Shown: positions 1 through 9,731, counted from the stretch's first letter. The stretch: 64,000 nt of DNA from Hyphomicrobiales bacterium (GCA_028285595.1 JANQOW010000053.1:2079-66078); one strand, 5' to 3'. Notes: generated by a model not told the origin, from the letters alone. Numbers and translations: made by a program.

Positions 1-2
1 GG

Positions 3-335
3 CTACAAGCCCAGATTCATGCCGGGTGGAATGGGCAGTCCGGCCGTGGCTTCCTTCATCTTCTCAGCCACCGCCGCATCCATGGCTTTGCGCGCCTCGC
101 CGTGGGCGGCGATAATCAGGTCTTCCAGGACCTCTTTGTCATCTTCAGCAAACATGGACGGGTCGATCTCCAGCCCGCGCATTTCCCCCTTGCCGTTCAA
201 GGTCACGACGACCAGGCCGCCACCGGCTTTGCCCTCCACCAGGGTTTCCTCCAGCGCCGCCTGGGCATCCTGCATCTTGGACTGCATTTCCTGGGCCTGC
301 TTCATCAGCTTGCCAATATCGCCAAGGCCTTTCAT
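3..335 (-). CDS. ybaB: Nucleoid-associated protein YbaB/EbfC
   Basis: 110-aa ORF of typical YbaB size with the N-terminus MKGLGDIGKLMKQAQEMQSKMQ. It lies immediately downstream of dnaX, the conserved bacterial arrangement. Confidence 0.9.
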   Translation of the reverse strand: MKGLGDIGKLMKQAQEMQSKMQDAQAALEETLVEGKAGGGLVVVTLNGKGEMRGLEIDPSMFAEDDKEVLEDLIIAAHGEARKAMDAAVAEKMKEATAGLPIPPGMNLGL

Positions 336-344
336 CTGAGCTCC

Positions 345-2102
345 TTAAAGTTCGGTATCTGGATCATCGAGATTTTCCGCATCCAACGGCATATCGGAAA
401 GATCTCTCACATTTACAATCTTTGCCCCCGGGAAAGTCTCCAGCACGGCCTGAACCGACGGCGTTTCCTGTGCCTCGCGCAACAGGGTTTGCTCGCGAGC
501 ATCGCGTTGATGGGCAATTGTGGCCTCGCCCGCCTCATCGCTCACCGAAACCACCCAACGTGCGCCGGTCCACTGCTCGAGGCGGCGCATCAGTGCGTTG
601 GGAAGTCCGCGCGGTGCGTCGGGCTCCAGGGCAATCTCCAAACGGCCGGGCGCAAACCGCACCGGACGCACGTGGGTTTCAAGTTCGTGCTTCAGCTTAA
701 CGTCGCGCCGCTCACCCACCAGAGCCACCACATCGGCAAAACTTGAAAGCTCGGCAGAAGCGGGCGGAGGCCCCTCCGGGTTGGGGCCAGCGCCTGGGCC
801 CGGATCCGGCACCGGCGCGAGTTGCTGGGTGGCGCGCGCTTCAGTCATCGGTTCTGGCGGAGGCGGGGCCTGCTGTGGTGCGGGCGCGGCACCCGCCGGC
901 GCCCCCGATTGGGCCATGGTCTTTTTCACGGCGGCTTCCGGCGTTGGCAGATCCGCCACATAGGCCATGCGGATCAGCACCATTTCCGCCGCAGCTATGG
1001 GATTGGCCGCCACATTCACTTCAGGAATGCCCTTCAGCAGCATTTGCCAGGCCCGGGTGAGGATGGGCATGGAGAGGTTGTCGGCAAACGATTTGCCCTT
1101 ATCGCGCTCAGCCTGGGAATGCGCTGCATCGTTCAGCGCGTCCGGCACGATCTTTAGCCGTGTGACCCAGTGCACCAATTCGGCCAGATCACTCAAAACC
1201 GTCGCCGGATCAGCGCCCAGATCGTTCTGCTCTTTCATTTCCGCCAGCGCACCGGCAGCATCACCTTTCATCAGGCATTCGAACAGATCGATGATCCGCG
1301 CCCGGTCCACAAGGCCCAGCATCTCGCGAAGCTGGTCGGCCTTCACCTCAGCGCCGCCAAACGCAATCGCCTGATCCAGCAAGGACAGCCCATCGCGGAC
1401 GGATCCCTCTGAAGCCCGGGCGATCAAGGCCAGAGCTTCTTCTTCGGCCTTGGCATTTTCCTTTTCGGCAATCTTGCCGAAATGCTCCACCAACAGATCC
1501 GCGTCCAGCCGGCGCAGATCAAAGCGCTGACAGCGGGACAGAACCGTGACCGGGACTTTACGAATTTCTGTGGTGGCAAAAATGAATTTTACATGCTCCG
1601 GCGGCTCTTCCAGGGTCTTCAACAGCGCGTTGAAGGCCTGGCGCGAGAGCATGTGCACCTCATCGATAATGTAGATTTTGTAGCGGGCCGAGACCGGCTT
1701 ATAGCGCACGCTTTCAATGATCTCACGCACATCCTCAATCCCGGTGCGTGAGGCCGCGTCCATCTCAATCACATCCACATGATGAGATTCCAGGATGGCC
1801 TGACAGTGCAGCCCAAGCTCGGGCATCTCTATGCTGGGGCCGGCATCTTCAGCCCCCTCACGGGCATAGTTGAGCGCGCGGGCAATCAGGCGCGCTGTGG
1901 TGGTCTTACCGATCCCGCGCACGCCGGTCAGCATATAGGCTTGGGCAATCCTGTCGGTTTTGAAGGCATTGGAGAGGGTCTGAACCACCGGGTCCTGACC
2001 GATCAGGTCTTCAAAGGTTTGGGGGCGGTATTTGCGGGCCAGCACCCGGTAGGCGCCCGGCGCCTCGGCGTGCTGGGAGTTATCGCTGCTGTCGGAGGAC
2101 AA
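345..2102 (-). CDS. dnaX: DNA polymerase III subunit gamma/tau
   Basis: Clamp-loader motifs are present: YRVLARKYRPQTFEDLIGQ, Walker A GVRGIGKTTTAR, DEVHML and the sensor motif VLSRCQRF. The ORF-track start (2348) runs through an SRP RNA. There is no ATG between it and the conserved N-terminus, so the likely start is the in-frame TTG at 2102 (MSSDSSDNSQHAEAPGAYRVLARKYRP). The exact start is uncertain. Confidence 0.9.
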   Translation of the reverse strand: MSSDSSDNSQHAEAPGAYRVLARKYRPQTFEDLIGQDPVVQTLSNAFKTDRIAQAYMLTGVRGIGKTTTARLIARALNYAREGAEDAGPSIEMPELGLHCQAILESHHVDVIEMDAASRTGIEDVREIIESVRYKPVSARYKIYIIDEVHMLSRQAFNALLKTLEEPPEHVKFIFATTEIRKVPVTVLSRCQRFDLRRLDADLLVEHFGKIAEKENAKAEEEALALIARASEGSVRDGLSLLDQAIAFGGAEVKADQLREMLGLVDRARIIDLFECLMKGDAAGALAEMKEQNDLGADPATVLSDLAELVHWVTRLKIVPDALNDAAHSQAERDKGKSFADNLSMPILTRAWQMLLKGIPEVNVAANPIAAAEMVLIRMAYVADLPTPEAAVKKTMAQSGAPAGAAPAPQQAPPPPEPMTEARATQQLAPVPDPGPGAGPNPEGPPPASAELSSFADVVALVGERRDVKLKHELETHVRPVRFAPGRLEIALEPDAPRGLPNALMRRLEQWTGARWVVSVSDEAGEATIAHQRDAREQTLLREAQETPSVQAVLETFPGAKIVNVRDLSDMPLDAENLDDPDTEL

Positions 2103-2199
2103 TCGCCTAAGCCCTGAGGTCCCTGCCGGCCCCGGCCTTTGGCCCGGGCCGCTGTTTGCTCTGCCTGCTTCTTGGTGGCCCCGGCAGAGTTCTGCGTGA

Positions 2200-2300
2200 G
2201 GTGGGAGATTGGACAGGCAACCCGCGCCGAGCTCGTTAGGGCTGCTTCCTTCCGGATCTGACCCGATTGGCGAGAGACACGCCTGCCGCCAACCTCCCAA
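2200..2300 (-). ncRNA. ffs: Signal recognition particle RNA (small/4.5S type)
   Basis: The minus strand reads GGGAGGUUGGCGGCAGGC...GGUCAGAUCCGGAAGGAAGCAGCCCUAACGAGC...GCCUGUCCAAUCUCCCACC. It contains the universally conserved domain IV motif GGUCAG-UCCGGAAGGAAGCAGCC. The 5' GGGAGGUUGG pairs with the 3' CCAAUCUCCC. The location upstream of dnaX is the usual ffs position. Confidence 0.85.
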
Positions 2301-2424
2301 CAGCACTATATCAGATATGGCGCGCAAAAGAGCAAGTGTTTCGCGCAAGAGAAGTTACCATTGCGCACAATCAGCCCACGTGCCACGGTGACGCCCCTTC
2401 GGAACGAAACTCAAGTCCTACCTC

Positions 2425-3366
2425 ATGAGCACCAGCAAATTTGGCCAAAAGGTCATCACGTTCAATGGCGGAGTGATCGACCGCGTCGCCCCCCAACGCG
2501 CCGAGCCCGGCTATATAGAGGGCCTGGCGGCCTCAGACGCGGCCCGCACGATCTGTTTTGCCAACGACCGCGCTTTGATCGATGTTGAAGCAAACCCGCC
2601 CCGGGCCTGGCGGACGGTCAACGGCGCTATTGAGCGCAAAGAGCCGGTAAAGCGCATGCTATTGGGCCTGGAGCCGTCCGGCGACCCGCTGTTTGCCCAG
2701 TTCGTTGAGCATGATGAGGACGGCCGGCCCGCGGGCGATGTGCCCTCATCGGTGAAAGCCATCGATTTACGCAGCCTCGCCTCCCAGGACCTGGTGAGCG
2801 TGGAGGAGTTCGGCATGCTGGCCTACGCCCGTTCCATGCTGAACTGGCACGCCACCCACCAATTCTGTGCCTATTGCGGCGGGAAGACCCATATGGTCGA
2901 GGGCGGCGACCGGCGCAAATGCGAAGACTGCGGGCGCGAGCACTTCCCGCGCACCGATCCGGTGGTGATTATCGTTGTGTATCAGGGCGATCGCTGCCTT
3001 CTGGGGCGCAGCAAGAACTTTGTGGAGGGCATGTATTCGGCCCTTGCCGGGTTCATGGAGCCGGGCGAGACCCTGGAAGACGCAGCCCGGCGCGAGGTGC
3101 TTGAGGAAGCCGGCATTCATGTGGGCAAGGTAAGCTATGTCATGAGCCAGCCCTGGCCCTTTGTCTCATCGCTGATGATGGGCCTGTTGGGCGAGGCGTT
3201 GGATGACAAGATCGATATCGACCCCCATGAATTGGAAGATGCGCGCTGGTTCAGCCGCGATGAAGCGCAAAGCTTGCTGGACGGCACCCATCCGGACGGG
3301 CTGAAGGCCCCGAACCCCTTCGCCATCGCCCACCATCTGCTGCTGGCCTACTTGCAGAAGACGTGA
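2425..3366 (+). CDS. nudC: NAD+ diphosphatase (NADH pyrophosphatase), Nudix family
   Basis: Zinc ribbon CAYCGG...CEDCG, Nudix box GFMEPGETLEDAARREVLEEAGI and the NudC-specific SQPWPF motif are all present. Confidence 0.85.
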   Translation: MSTSKFGQKVITFNGGVIDRVAPQRAEPGYIEGLAASDAARTICFANDRALIDVEANPPRAWRTVNGAIERKEPVKRMLLGLEPSGDPLFAQFVEHDEDGRPAGDVPSSVKAIDLRSLASQDLVSVEEFGMLAYARSMLNWHATHQFCAYCGGKTHMVEGGDRRKCEDCGREHFPRTDPVVIIVVYQGDRCLLGRSKNFVEGMYSALAGFMEPGETLEDAARREVLEEAGIHVGKVSYVMSQPWPFVSSLMMGLLGEALDDKIDIDPHELEDARWFSRDEAQSLLDGTHPDGLKAPNPFAIAHHLLLAYLQKT

Positions 3367-3383
3367 GGGCGACCACAAACACT

Positions 3384-3472
3384 CGTCATCCCGGAATTTT
3401 GCACAAGCAAAATATCCGGGACCCAGAAGCAGCAGGGTGAGATCTGGCGCCTCTGGGTTCGCGGGAATGACG
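3384..3472. repeat. Structured intergenic element with nested inverted repeats (REP/MITE-like, or a bidirectional terminator)
   Basis: Outer arms are CGTCATCCCG (3384-3393) and CGGGAATGACG (3462-3472). Inner pairs are CCCGGAATTTT/AAAATATCCGGG and ACCCAGA (3421-3427)/TCTGGGT (3452-3458). It lies between the convergent genes nudC and pheA. Confidence 0.4.
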
Positions 3473-3492
3473 GGAAAGATCGTTCGCGAGGA

Positions 3493-4368
3493 CTAAACCC
3501 CGCCGTTCCGCTTCGCAGAATGCTCAATCCTGTAAGGGTGCGACTTATACACCCCTAGAATCTTCAGCTCCGCGGAGAAGAACGAGAGCTCTTCAAGCGC
3601 AAACTTCACGCCCCGATCATCTGGATGGCCTTCAATGTCGGCGTAAAACTGGGTGGCGAAGAACTCACCCTCAAGCTGATAGGATTCCAGCTTGGTCATG
3701 TTGACACCGTTGGTGGCAAACCCGCCCATGGCCTTATAGAGCGCGGCCGGCACGTTGCGCACTCTGAAGATGAACGTGGTCATCACCGGCGCGTCTTCCG
3801 GTTCCGCATCGTCCGGCGTGGTGGATAAGGTCACGAACCGGGTGGTGTTATGGTCCTCATCCTCAATATCTGCGCGCAGGGTCTTCAGCCCGTAAATTTC
3901 AGCGGCAAGTCCGGTCGCAATCACAGCTCGTGTGGGGTCCGGGTTTTCGGCGAGTTCCTTCGCCGCGCCGGCCGTGTCCACGGCCACAACCGCTTCCAGT
4001 CCCAGCTCGCGGATAATATCCCGGCACTGGCCAAGGGCGTGCACATGGCTGTGCACCGTCTTAATGGTCTCCAGGCTCGCCTCTTCGCAGGCCAGAAGCT
4101 GGTGGTGGATGCGCTGGAAATGCTCCGCAATGATGTATGTATTGGAGCCCGGCAGCAGATGGTGGATATCGGCCACGCGCCCGGCCACGGAATTCTCAAT
4201 GGGGATCATCGCCAAGTCCGCATCACCCGCTTTCAAGGTGGCAAAAGCATCCTCAAACGTGCGGCAGGCCACGTGCTCCCAATCAGGATAGCATTCGGTG
4301 CAGGCAATATGGGAATTGGCACCCAACTCGCCCTGAAATACGATTTTCTTGGCCGGTGCAGCGTTCAC
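3493..4368 (-). CDS. pheA: Prephenate dehydratase
   Basis: 291 aa. An N-terminal PDT domain (KIVFQGELGANSH) is followed by a C-terminal ACT regulatory domain (FIFRVRNVPAALYKAMGGFA). Confidence 0.9.
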   Translation of the reverse strand: MNAAPAKKIVFQGELGANSHIACTECYPDWEHVACRTFEDAFATLKAGDADLAMIPIENSVAGRVADIHHLLPGSNTYIIAEHFQRIHHQLLACEEASLETIKTVHSHVHALGQCRDIIRELGLEAVVAVDTAGAAKELAENPDPTRAVIATGLAAEIYGLKTLRADIEDEDHNTTRFVTLSTTPDDAEPEDAPVMTTFIFRVRNVPAALYKAMGGFATNGVNMTKLESYQLEGEFFATQFYADIEGHPDDRGVKFALEELSFFSAELKILGVYKSHPYRIEHSAKRNGGV

Positions 4369-4404
4369 AGCAGTGTCTTTCCTTTGTCGAGCGAGGCGGG
4401 CGCC

Positions 4405-5166
4405 TCATTGGGGTGAGGCCGCACTAGGTGCCAGAAGCGCGCGGGCGCGGTCAAGGTCGGCTGGTGTGTCCACCCCGAAAGGCACGGTGTCCACCAGAGC
4501 GACGGCGATTTTCATCCCATTGTCCAGCGCTCTGAGCTGTTCGAGCTTCTCGGTGTTCTCACGCGCGGACACCGGGAGGGACACAAACCGCTCCAATGCC
4601 TCGCGCCTGTACGCGTATATGCCGATATGATGCAGGTGCGGGCCGTCCCAATGCTCAGGCAAAACACGCACAAAGTCTTCCGCCAGGCTCACCGGCGCAT
4701 CCCCCTCAAACCGGGCAAGTGCCTTCACCACATTGGGGTTCCCCAGCTCTTCAGCATCATCAATGTGTGCCGCAAGGGTGGAAATATCCGCCTCCGTCTG
4801 CCGAAGCGCGCTTAAACAGGTGCGGATCGCTTCGGGGTCAATCGTGGGCAGATCGCCCTGCAGATTGACCACATAACGGTACACACCGCCCGGGTCCACG
4901 ATGTTGAGGGCCGCAGCGATCCGGTCAGACCCGGACGGCAGTGCCGGATCGGTCATGACCACTTCACCGTTGGCCATTTCCACCGCTTCAACCACTTCCG
5001 CGTCACAGGCCGCCACAACAACAGGGCCCACCTCAGCCGCTTCCCCGCGGCGCACGACGTGCACAATCATCGCGGTTCCGCCGATATCGGCCAGCGGTTT
5101 GTCCGGCAGCCGGGTGGAGGCCATGCGCGAAGGGATCAGCACAACTGTCTCGTCAAACACGCTCAT
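4405..5166 (-). CDS. kdsB: 3-deoxy-manno-octulosonate cytidylyltransferase
   Basis: 253 aa with the N-terminal motif LIPSRMASTRLPDKPLADIGG typical of CMP-KDO synthetase. Confidence 0.9.
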   Translation of the reverse strand: MSVFDETVVLIPSRMASTRLPDKPLADIGGTAMIVHVVRRGEAAEVGPVVVAACDAEVVEAVEMANGEVVMTDPALPSGSDRIAAALNIVDPGGVYRYVVNLQGDLPTIDPEAIRTCLSALRQTEADISTLAAHIDDAEELGNPNVVKALARFEGDAPVSLAEDFVRVLPEHWDGPHLHHIGIYAYRREALERFVSLPVSARENTEKLEQLRALDNGMKIAVALVDTVPFGVDTPADLDRARALLAPSAASPQ

Positions 5167-5354
5167 TTGAAAAAATCGGTCCGGGAGGCCATGGTTGGGA
5201 TAGTCAAAAAGACGCAGGCAAACTGCGCCAGCGCCGCTTATAAATGTTGCAAGGCGGCCATGAAAGCACTAGTTTTCGCCGAAATTTCCTGCGGGGGCCG
5301 TCCGATGTATTGGGGAGGGCGAGGCCTCGCGGCTTCCAGAGGGTGAACAGCGCG

Positions 5355-5906
5355 ATGATGGACAGCTTTGAGTTCAACAAGATTGCTGGGGCAATTCTGT
5401 TCAGTTTGCTCATTATATTGGGCTTAAGGGCCCTTGGCGAAACGGTGTTTCACGTGGCCGCACCGGAAAAACCCGGTTATGTGGTTGAGGTTGCAGAAGA
5501 GGGCACAAGTGCGGCACCGCAAGAGGTTGCCGAGGCAACCCCGCTGGCCCAACTGCTGGCCGCTGCAAACGTGGAAAAGGGCCAAAGAGGCTTTAGAAAG
5601 TGCTCAGCCTGCCACAAGGTGGATCAAGGCGCCGCGGGCGGCGTTGGCCCGAACCTTTATGGCATCGTGGGCAAGGCCAAGGGCGCGGTGGAAGGATTTG
5701 CCTACTCGAAAGCTCTGCTCGAAGCGGCCGAATCCAAAGGTCCCTGGACATACGAATCGCTAAACGAGTTCCTGATCAAACCGAAAGATTACATCCCGGG
5801 AACGAAAATGGCCTTTGCGGGTTTGAAGAAAGAGACCGACCGCGCCGACATGCTGGCCTATCTGAAGTCGATTTCGCCTGACGCTCCGGACTTTCCAACC
5901 GAATGA
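5355..5906 (+). CDS. Membrane-anchored class I cytochrome c (CycM-like)
   Basis: Heme-binding motif CSACH, a distal Met in GTKMAF, and an N-terminal TM helix AGAILFSLLIILGL. The ORF-track start at 5244 is probably an over-extension; MMDSFEF at 5355 is the likely start. Confidence 0.85.
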   Translation: MMDSFEFNKIAGAILFSLLIILGLRALGETVFHVAAPEKPGYVVEVAEEGTSAAPQEVAEATPLAQLLAAANVEKGQRGFRKCSACHKVDQGAAGGVGPNLYGIVGKAKGAVEGFAYSKALLEAAESKGPWTYESLNEFLIKPKDYIPGTKMAFAGLKKETDRADMLAYLKSISPDAPDFPTE

Positions 5907-5952
5907 TGCAAGTCCCATGGGCTGGCTGATCAAGCCAAGATGACAAAGATTT

Positions 5953-5986
5953 AACACCGGTGGACCTTCCGCCGGTGTTTTCATTT
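5953..5986 (+). terminator. Rho-independent terminator of the cytochrome c gene
   Basis: Stem AACACCGGTGG / CCGCCGGTGTT (one G-U pair), 5-nt loop, followed by TTTCATTT. Confidence 0.7.
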
Positions 5987-6036
5987 GTGGCATTAAGCGT
6001 ATCTAAGACGAAGCGTAAGCGAAGGATATCCGCCCC

Positions 6037-7902
6037 ATGGGACGTTACAGCCCCCGCACATCCGCCTCTACCCTGGCCGTCGCCGCCTTGCTCCTGGCCG
6101 GCGCATTGACCCCTTGGGCCCAGGCCAATGACAAAGTCTGGCGCCACGGCGCATCGCTCATCGACGGGGTGAAATACCCCAAAGACTTCAAACATTTCGA
6201 TTACGTCAATCCAACCGCACCAAAAGGCGGCTCGGTGCGGTTCGGCGCCACCGGCACCTTCGACACGCTGAACCCGATCCTGCCGAAAGGCAATCAGGCC
6301 ACCGGGTTGCGATTCACGTATGAGACCCTCATGACCCCGTCATTCGACGAGGTGAGCACCGAATATGGCCTATTGGCCGAAGCGCTGTCTTACCCGGAAG
6401 ACTATTCGTCGGTGACCTACCGGTTACGCAAAGAAGCCAGGTGGCACGATGGCAAGCCGATCACGCCTGAGGACGTGATCTGGTCGTTCAACACGATCAA
6501 AGAAATCGATGTACAACGCGCCTTCTACTACAAGCACGTGAAAACCGCTGAGAAGACCGGCGATCACGAAGTGACCTTCACCTTCGACCAAACCGGCAAC
6601 CGCGAATTGCCTCAGATCGTCGGGCAGCTCCTGGTTCTTCCCAAGCATTGGTGGGAAGGTACCGACGCCACCGGCAAGAAGCGCGATATCCGCGCCTCCA
6701 CGCTGGAGCCCCCGCTCGGCTCCGGTCCCTACCGGGTTTCCCGGGTCGACCCCGGCCGCTCCATCGCCTTCGAGCTGGTTAAGGATTATTGGGGCCGCGA
6801 TCTCAATGTGAATGTGGGCAAATACAATATTGCGGAGATCCGGTACGAGTACTTCCGCGACAACACCGCCCAGTTTGAGGCGTTCAAATCAGGTTCGCTT
6901 GATTGGCGCTCGGAGAATACCGCGCGCGTGTGGGCGACCCAGTACGAATTTCCGGCTGTGAAGAACAAACAGGTGGTTCGCAACACCTATGAGAACTCGT
7001 TCCGGACCAGCGGGGTTATGGTGGGCTTCATCCCAAATATGCGCCGGGAGAAGTTCCAGGATGTGCGCTTGCGGCAGGTCCTGGACCTTGCGTTTAACTT
7101 TGAAGAGATGAACCGCTCCATATTCTATGGCCAGTATGAGCGCATCGACAGCTATTTCTACGGCAGCAGCCTGGCGTCCGAAGGTTTGCCGGAAGGGCGG
7201 GAATTGGAAATTCTAAAAAGTTTGAAGAACCCGATCCCTGAAGAGGTTTTCACCACGGAGTTCAAGAATCCCACCGGCGCCAACCGCTCCGACGAGCGCA
7301 AGAACCGCCGTGCCGCCCTGCGCCTGCTCAAAGAAGCGGGTTATGAGATCAAAGACGGATTGGCAATTGATCCCAAAACCGGCCAACCGCTGACCATTGA
7401 GCTGTTGTTGAACGGTCCCACGTTTGAGGGCATCGCCCTGCGCTACCTCAACAGTTTGAAGCGCGTTGGCATCACCCTGAAACTCCGCGTGGTGGACAGC
7501 TCTCAGTTTATCGAGCGGGTCCGTAACCGCGAGTTTGACATGATGTATGCCGGCTGGGGCCAGTCGCTGTCTCTGGGCAACGAGCAGCTTGACTATTTCG
7601 GCTCCGATGCCGCCGACAAGCCCACCTCACGCAATTATGGCGGCATCAAAAATCCCGCCATCGATGAGCTGATTCAGCTCATCCTTAAAGCCAAGGACCG
7701 CAAGGAACTGGTGGCCATCAGCAAGGCGTATGACCGGGTTCTGTTGTGGAACCGCTATCTGATCCCCGGGTGGACCTTGCGGGCCTCGCGGATCGCCCGC
7801 TGGGACAAGTACGCCCACCCCGACCCGCTGCCGGAGTACGCCGTGGGGTTCCCAACGATCTGGTGGTACGACGAAGCCAAGGCGGCAAAGATCAAACAAT
7901 GA
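6037..7902 (+). CDS. yejA: ABC transporter substrate-binding protein, family 5 (YejA-like)
   Basis: 621 aa with a signal peptide (LAVAALLLAGALTPWAQA). Family-5 SBP features, with size and context upstream of yejB/E/F. Confidence 0.8.
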   Translation: MGRYSPRTSASTLAVAALLLAGALTPWAQANDKVWRHGASLIDGVKYPKDFKHFDYVNPTAPKGGSVRFGATGTFDTLNPILPKGNQATGLRFTYETLMTPSFDEVSTEYGLLAEALSYPEDYSSVTYRLRKEARWHDGKPITPEDVIWSFNTIKEIDVQRAFYYKHVKTAEKTGDHEVTFTFDQTGNRELPQIVGQLLVLPKHWWEGTDATGKKRDIRASTLEPPLGSGPYRVSRVDPGRSIAFELVKDYWGRDLNVNVGKYNIAEIRYEYFRDNTAQFEAFKSGSLDWRSENTARVWATQYEFPAVKNKQVVRNTYENSFRTSGVMVGFIPNMRREKFQDVRLRQVLDLAFNFEEMNRSIFYGQYERIDSYFYGSSLASEGLPEGRELEILKSLKNPIPEEVFTTEFKNPTGANRSDERKNRRAALRLLKEAGYEIKDGLAIDPKTGQPLTIELLLNGPTFEGIALRYLNSLKRVGITLKLRVVDSSQFIERVRNREFDMMYAGWGQSLSLGNEQLDYFGSDAADKPTSRNYGGIKNPAIDELIQLILKAKDRKELVAISKAYDRVLLWNRYLIPGWTLRASRIARWDKYAHPDPLPEYAVGFPTIWWYDEAKAAKIKQ

Positions 7903-9725
7903 TCAAACGGTCCCTGATAGGCGCGCTCGCCGCGCTCGCTCTCCTCGCAGCCCCCGCCGCGCAGGCCGAGCCCAGCCACGGCCTCTCGGCTTTCGGAGAT
8001 CTGAAATACCCTGCCGGGTTCACGCATTTTGACTATGTGAACCCGGACGCGCCCAAGGGCGGGCGCCTGTCCATGATCGGCACCTCTGCGCGGATCACGT
8101 TCAACAGCTTCAACTATTACATCCTGAAGGGCGATGCCGCCCAAGGTCTGCCCTTCCTGTTCGACACACTGATGGTGCGTGCCTGGGACGAGCCTGATGC
8201 GGTTTACGGTCTGGTGGCCGAAACCGCCGATGTGGCCGATGACGGCCTGTCGGTCACCTTTGCTCTGCGCAAAGAGGCGCGCTTTGCAGATGGAACGCCG
8301 GTGACGGCAGAGGATGTGGCCAACTCACTCACCCTGCTGAAAGAGAAGGGCGATCCGCGCATCGCTCTCCAGCTCACCAAGATCACCAAAGCAGAGGTTT
8401 TAGGCCCGCATGAGGTGCGTTTCGTCTTCGCCGAAGCCACGCGGGATCTGCCTTTGGTGGCAGCCACCAGCATCCCGGTGTTCTCCAAGGCCTATTACAC
8501 CGAGAACGATTTCGCCAAGACCACCCTGGAGCCCCCCTTGGGTTCAGGCCCTTACAAGATCACCGACTTCAAGCAGGGCCGCTACGTGACCTTTACCCGC
8601 CGGGACGATTACTGGGCCAGGGATCTGCCGGTGAACAAGGGCCAGTTCAATTTCGATGAACTGAGATACGAGTATTTCCGCGATCGCACGGCGCAGTTTG
8701 AAGCCTTGAAAGCCGGCGCTTTCGATCTGCGCGAAGAATTCACCTCCAAGGTCTGGGCCACTCAGTATGACATCCCGCCGGTGAATAAAGGCTGGCTGAA
8801 AACCGAAACCCTGCCCGATGAGCGCCCATCCGGTGCACAAGGCTATTTCATCAATATGCGCCGGGCCAAGTTTGCCGATCCGCGGGTGCGTGAAGCCATC
8901 GGGCTCGCGTTTGATTTTGAGTGGACCAACCGCAACCAGTTCTACGAGCTCTATAAGCGCACCCACTCCTTCTTCGAAAACTCTGCCATGAAGGCCGATG
9001 GCCCCCCGTCCGCTGCAGAGCTGAAGCTGCTGGAGCCCTTAAAGGATCAACTGCGCCCGGAAGTCTTTGAAGATCCCTTCATACCGCCGGTGTCCAACGG
9101 ATCTGGCCAAGACCGCAAACTGCTGCGCAAGGCCTCGCGGTTGCTGAAGGAGGCCGGCTGGGAGGTGAAGGACGGCAAACGGGTCAACGCCAACGGTGAG
9201 GTTCTGCAGATTGAGTTCCTCTCCTTCTCTCCCACCTTTGAGCGGATCGTGGGTCCCTATATCAAGAACCTGCGCATCCTCGGGATCGACGGCAAAATGC
9301 GCCTGGTGGATCCGGCCCAATATGAAAGCCGGCGCAAGTCGTTTGATTTCGACATCACCACCAGCCGTTTCATTGTGCGGCAGACGCCGGGGATCGAACT
9401 GGAAAACTATTTCGGCTCGGCCTCAGCAAAGATCAACGGCAGCTTGAACCTTTCGGGTATTTCCAGCCCGGCCATCGATGCTTTGGTGAACAAGGCGGTT
9501 AAGGCCAAGTCCCGCGATGAGCTCAACACAGCCGCTCGGGCTTTGGACCGGGTGCTCAGAGCAGAACATTTCTGGGTGCCCCACTGGTACAAGGCCTCTC
9601 ACAACATTGCCTATTGGGACAAGTTTTCCAGGCCCGAAACGAAGCCGCGTTTTAGCCGCGGCATTATCACCACTTGGTGGTACGATGAGGCCAAAGCGGC
9701 CAAGCTGAAAGCCGCCAGGAACTGA
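7899..9725 (+). CDS. yejA: ABC transporter substrate-binding protein, family 5 (second YejA-like paralogue)
   Basis: True start MIKRSLIGALAALALLAAPAAQA at 7899, in an ATGA overlap with the upstream yejA stop. It shares motifs with the first copy (FDYVNP.APKGG, LEPPLGSGPY, YEYFRD.TAQFEA). The ORF-track start at 7746 is rejected. Confidence 0.8.
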   Translation: MIKRSLIGALAALALLAAPAAQAEPSHGLSAFGDLKYPAGFTHFDYVNPDAPKGGRLSMIGTSARITFNSFNYYILKGDAAQGLPFLFDTLMVRAWDEPDAVYGLVAETADVADDGLSVTFALRKEARFADGTPVTAEDVANSLTLLKEKGDPRIALQLTKITKAEVLGPHEVRFVFAEATRDLPLVAATSIPVFSKAYYTENDFAKTTLEPPLGSGPYKITDFKQGRYVTFTRRDDYWARDLPVNKGQFNFDELRYEYFRDRTAQFEALKAGAFDLREEFTSKVWATQYDIPPVNKGWLKTETLPDERPSGAQGYFINMRRAKFADPRVREAIGLAFDFEWTNRNQFYELYKRTHSFFENSAMKADGPPSAAELKLLEPLKDQLRPEVFEDPFIPPVSNGSGQDRKLLRKASRLLKEAGWEVKDGKRVNANGEVLQIEFLSFSPTFERIVGPYIKNLRILGIDGKMRLVDPAQYESRRKSFDFDITTSRFIVRQTPGIELENYFGSASAKINGSLNLSGISSPAIDALVNKAVKAKSRDELNTAARALDRVLRAEHFWVPHWYKASHNIAYWDKFSRPETKPRFSRGIITTWWYDEAKAAKLKAARN

Positions 9726-9731
9726 TTTTAT

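Noticed and set aside
921-927. Possible dnaX -1 frameshift site G AAA AAG (V-K-K) just after domain III, the position of the E. coli gamma/tau frameshift
   Set aside because: It is not the canonical A AAA AAG heptamer, since the P-site re-pairing would be mismatched. The -1 frame continues for about 27 codons instead of terminating promptly. I see no obvious downstream stem-loop. Alphaproteobacteria such as Caulobacter generate the short form by proteolysis.
2103-2348. N-terminal 82-aa extension of the dnaX ORF (MRETLALLRAISDIV...)
   Set aside because: It overlaps a convincingly folded SRP RNA on the same strand. It has no similarity to DnaX N-termini, and the conserved region begins just after the TTG at 2102.
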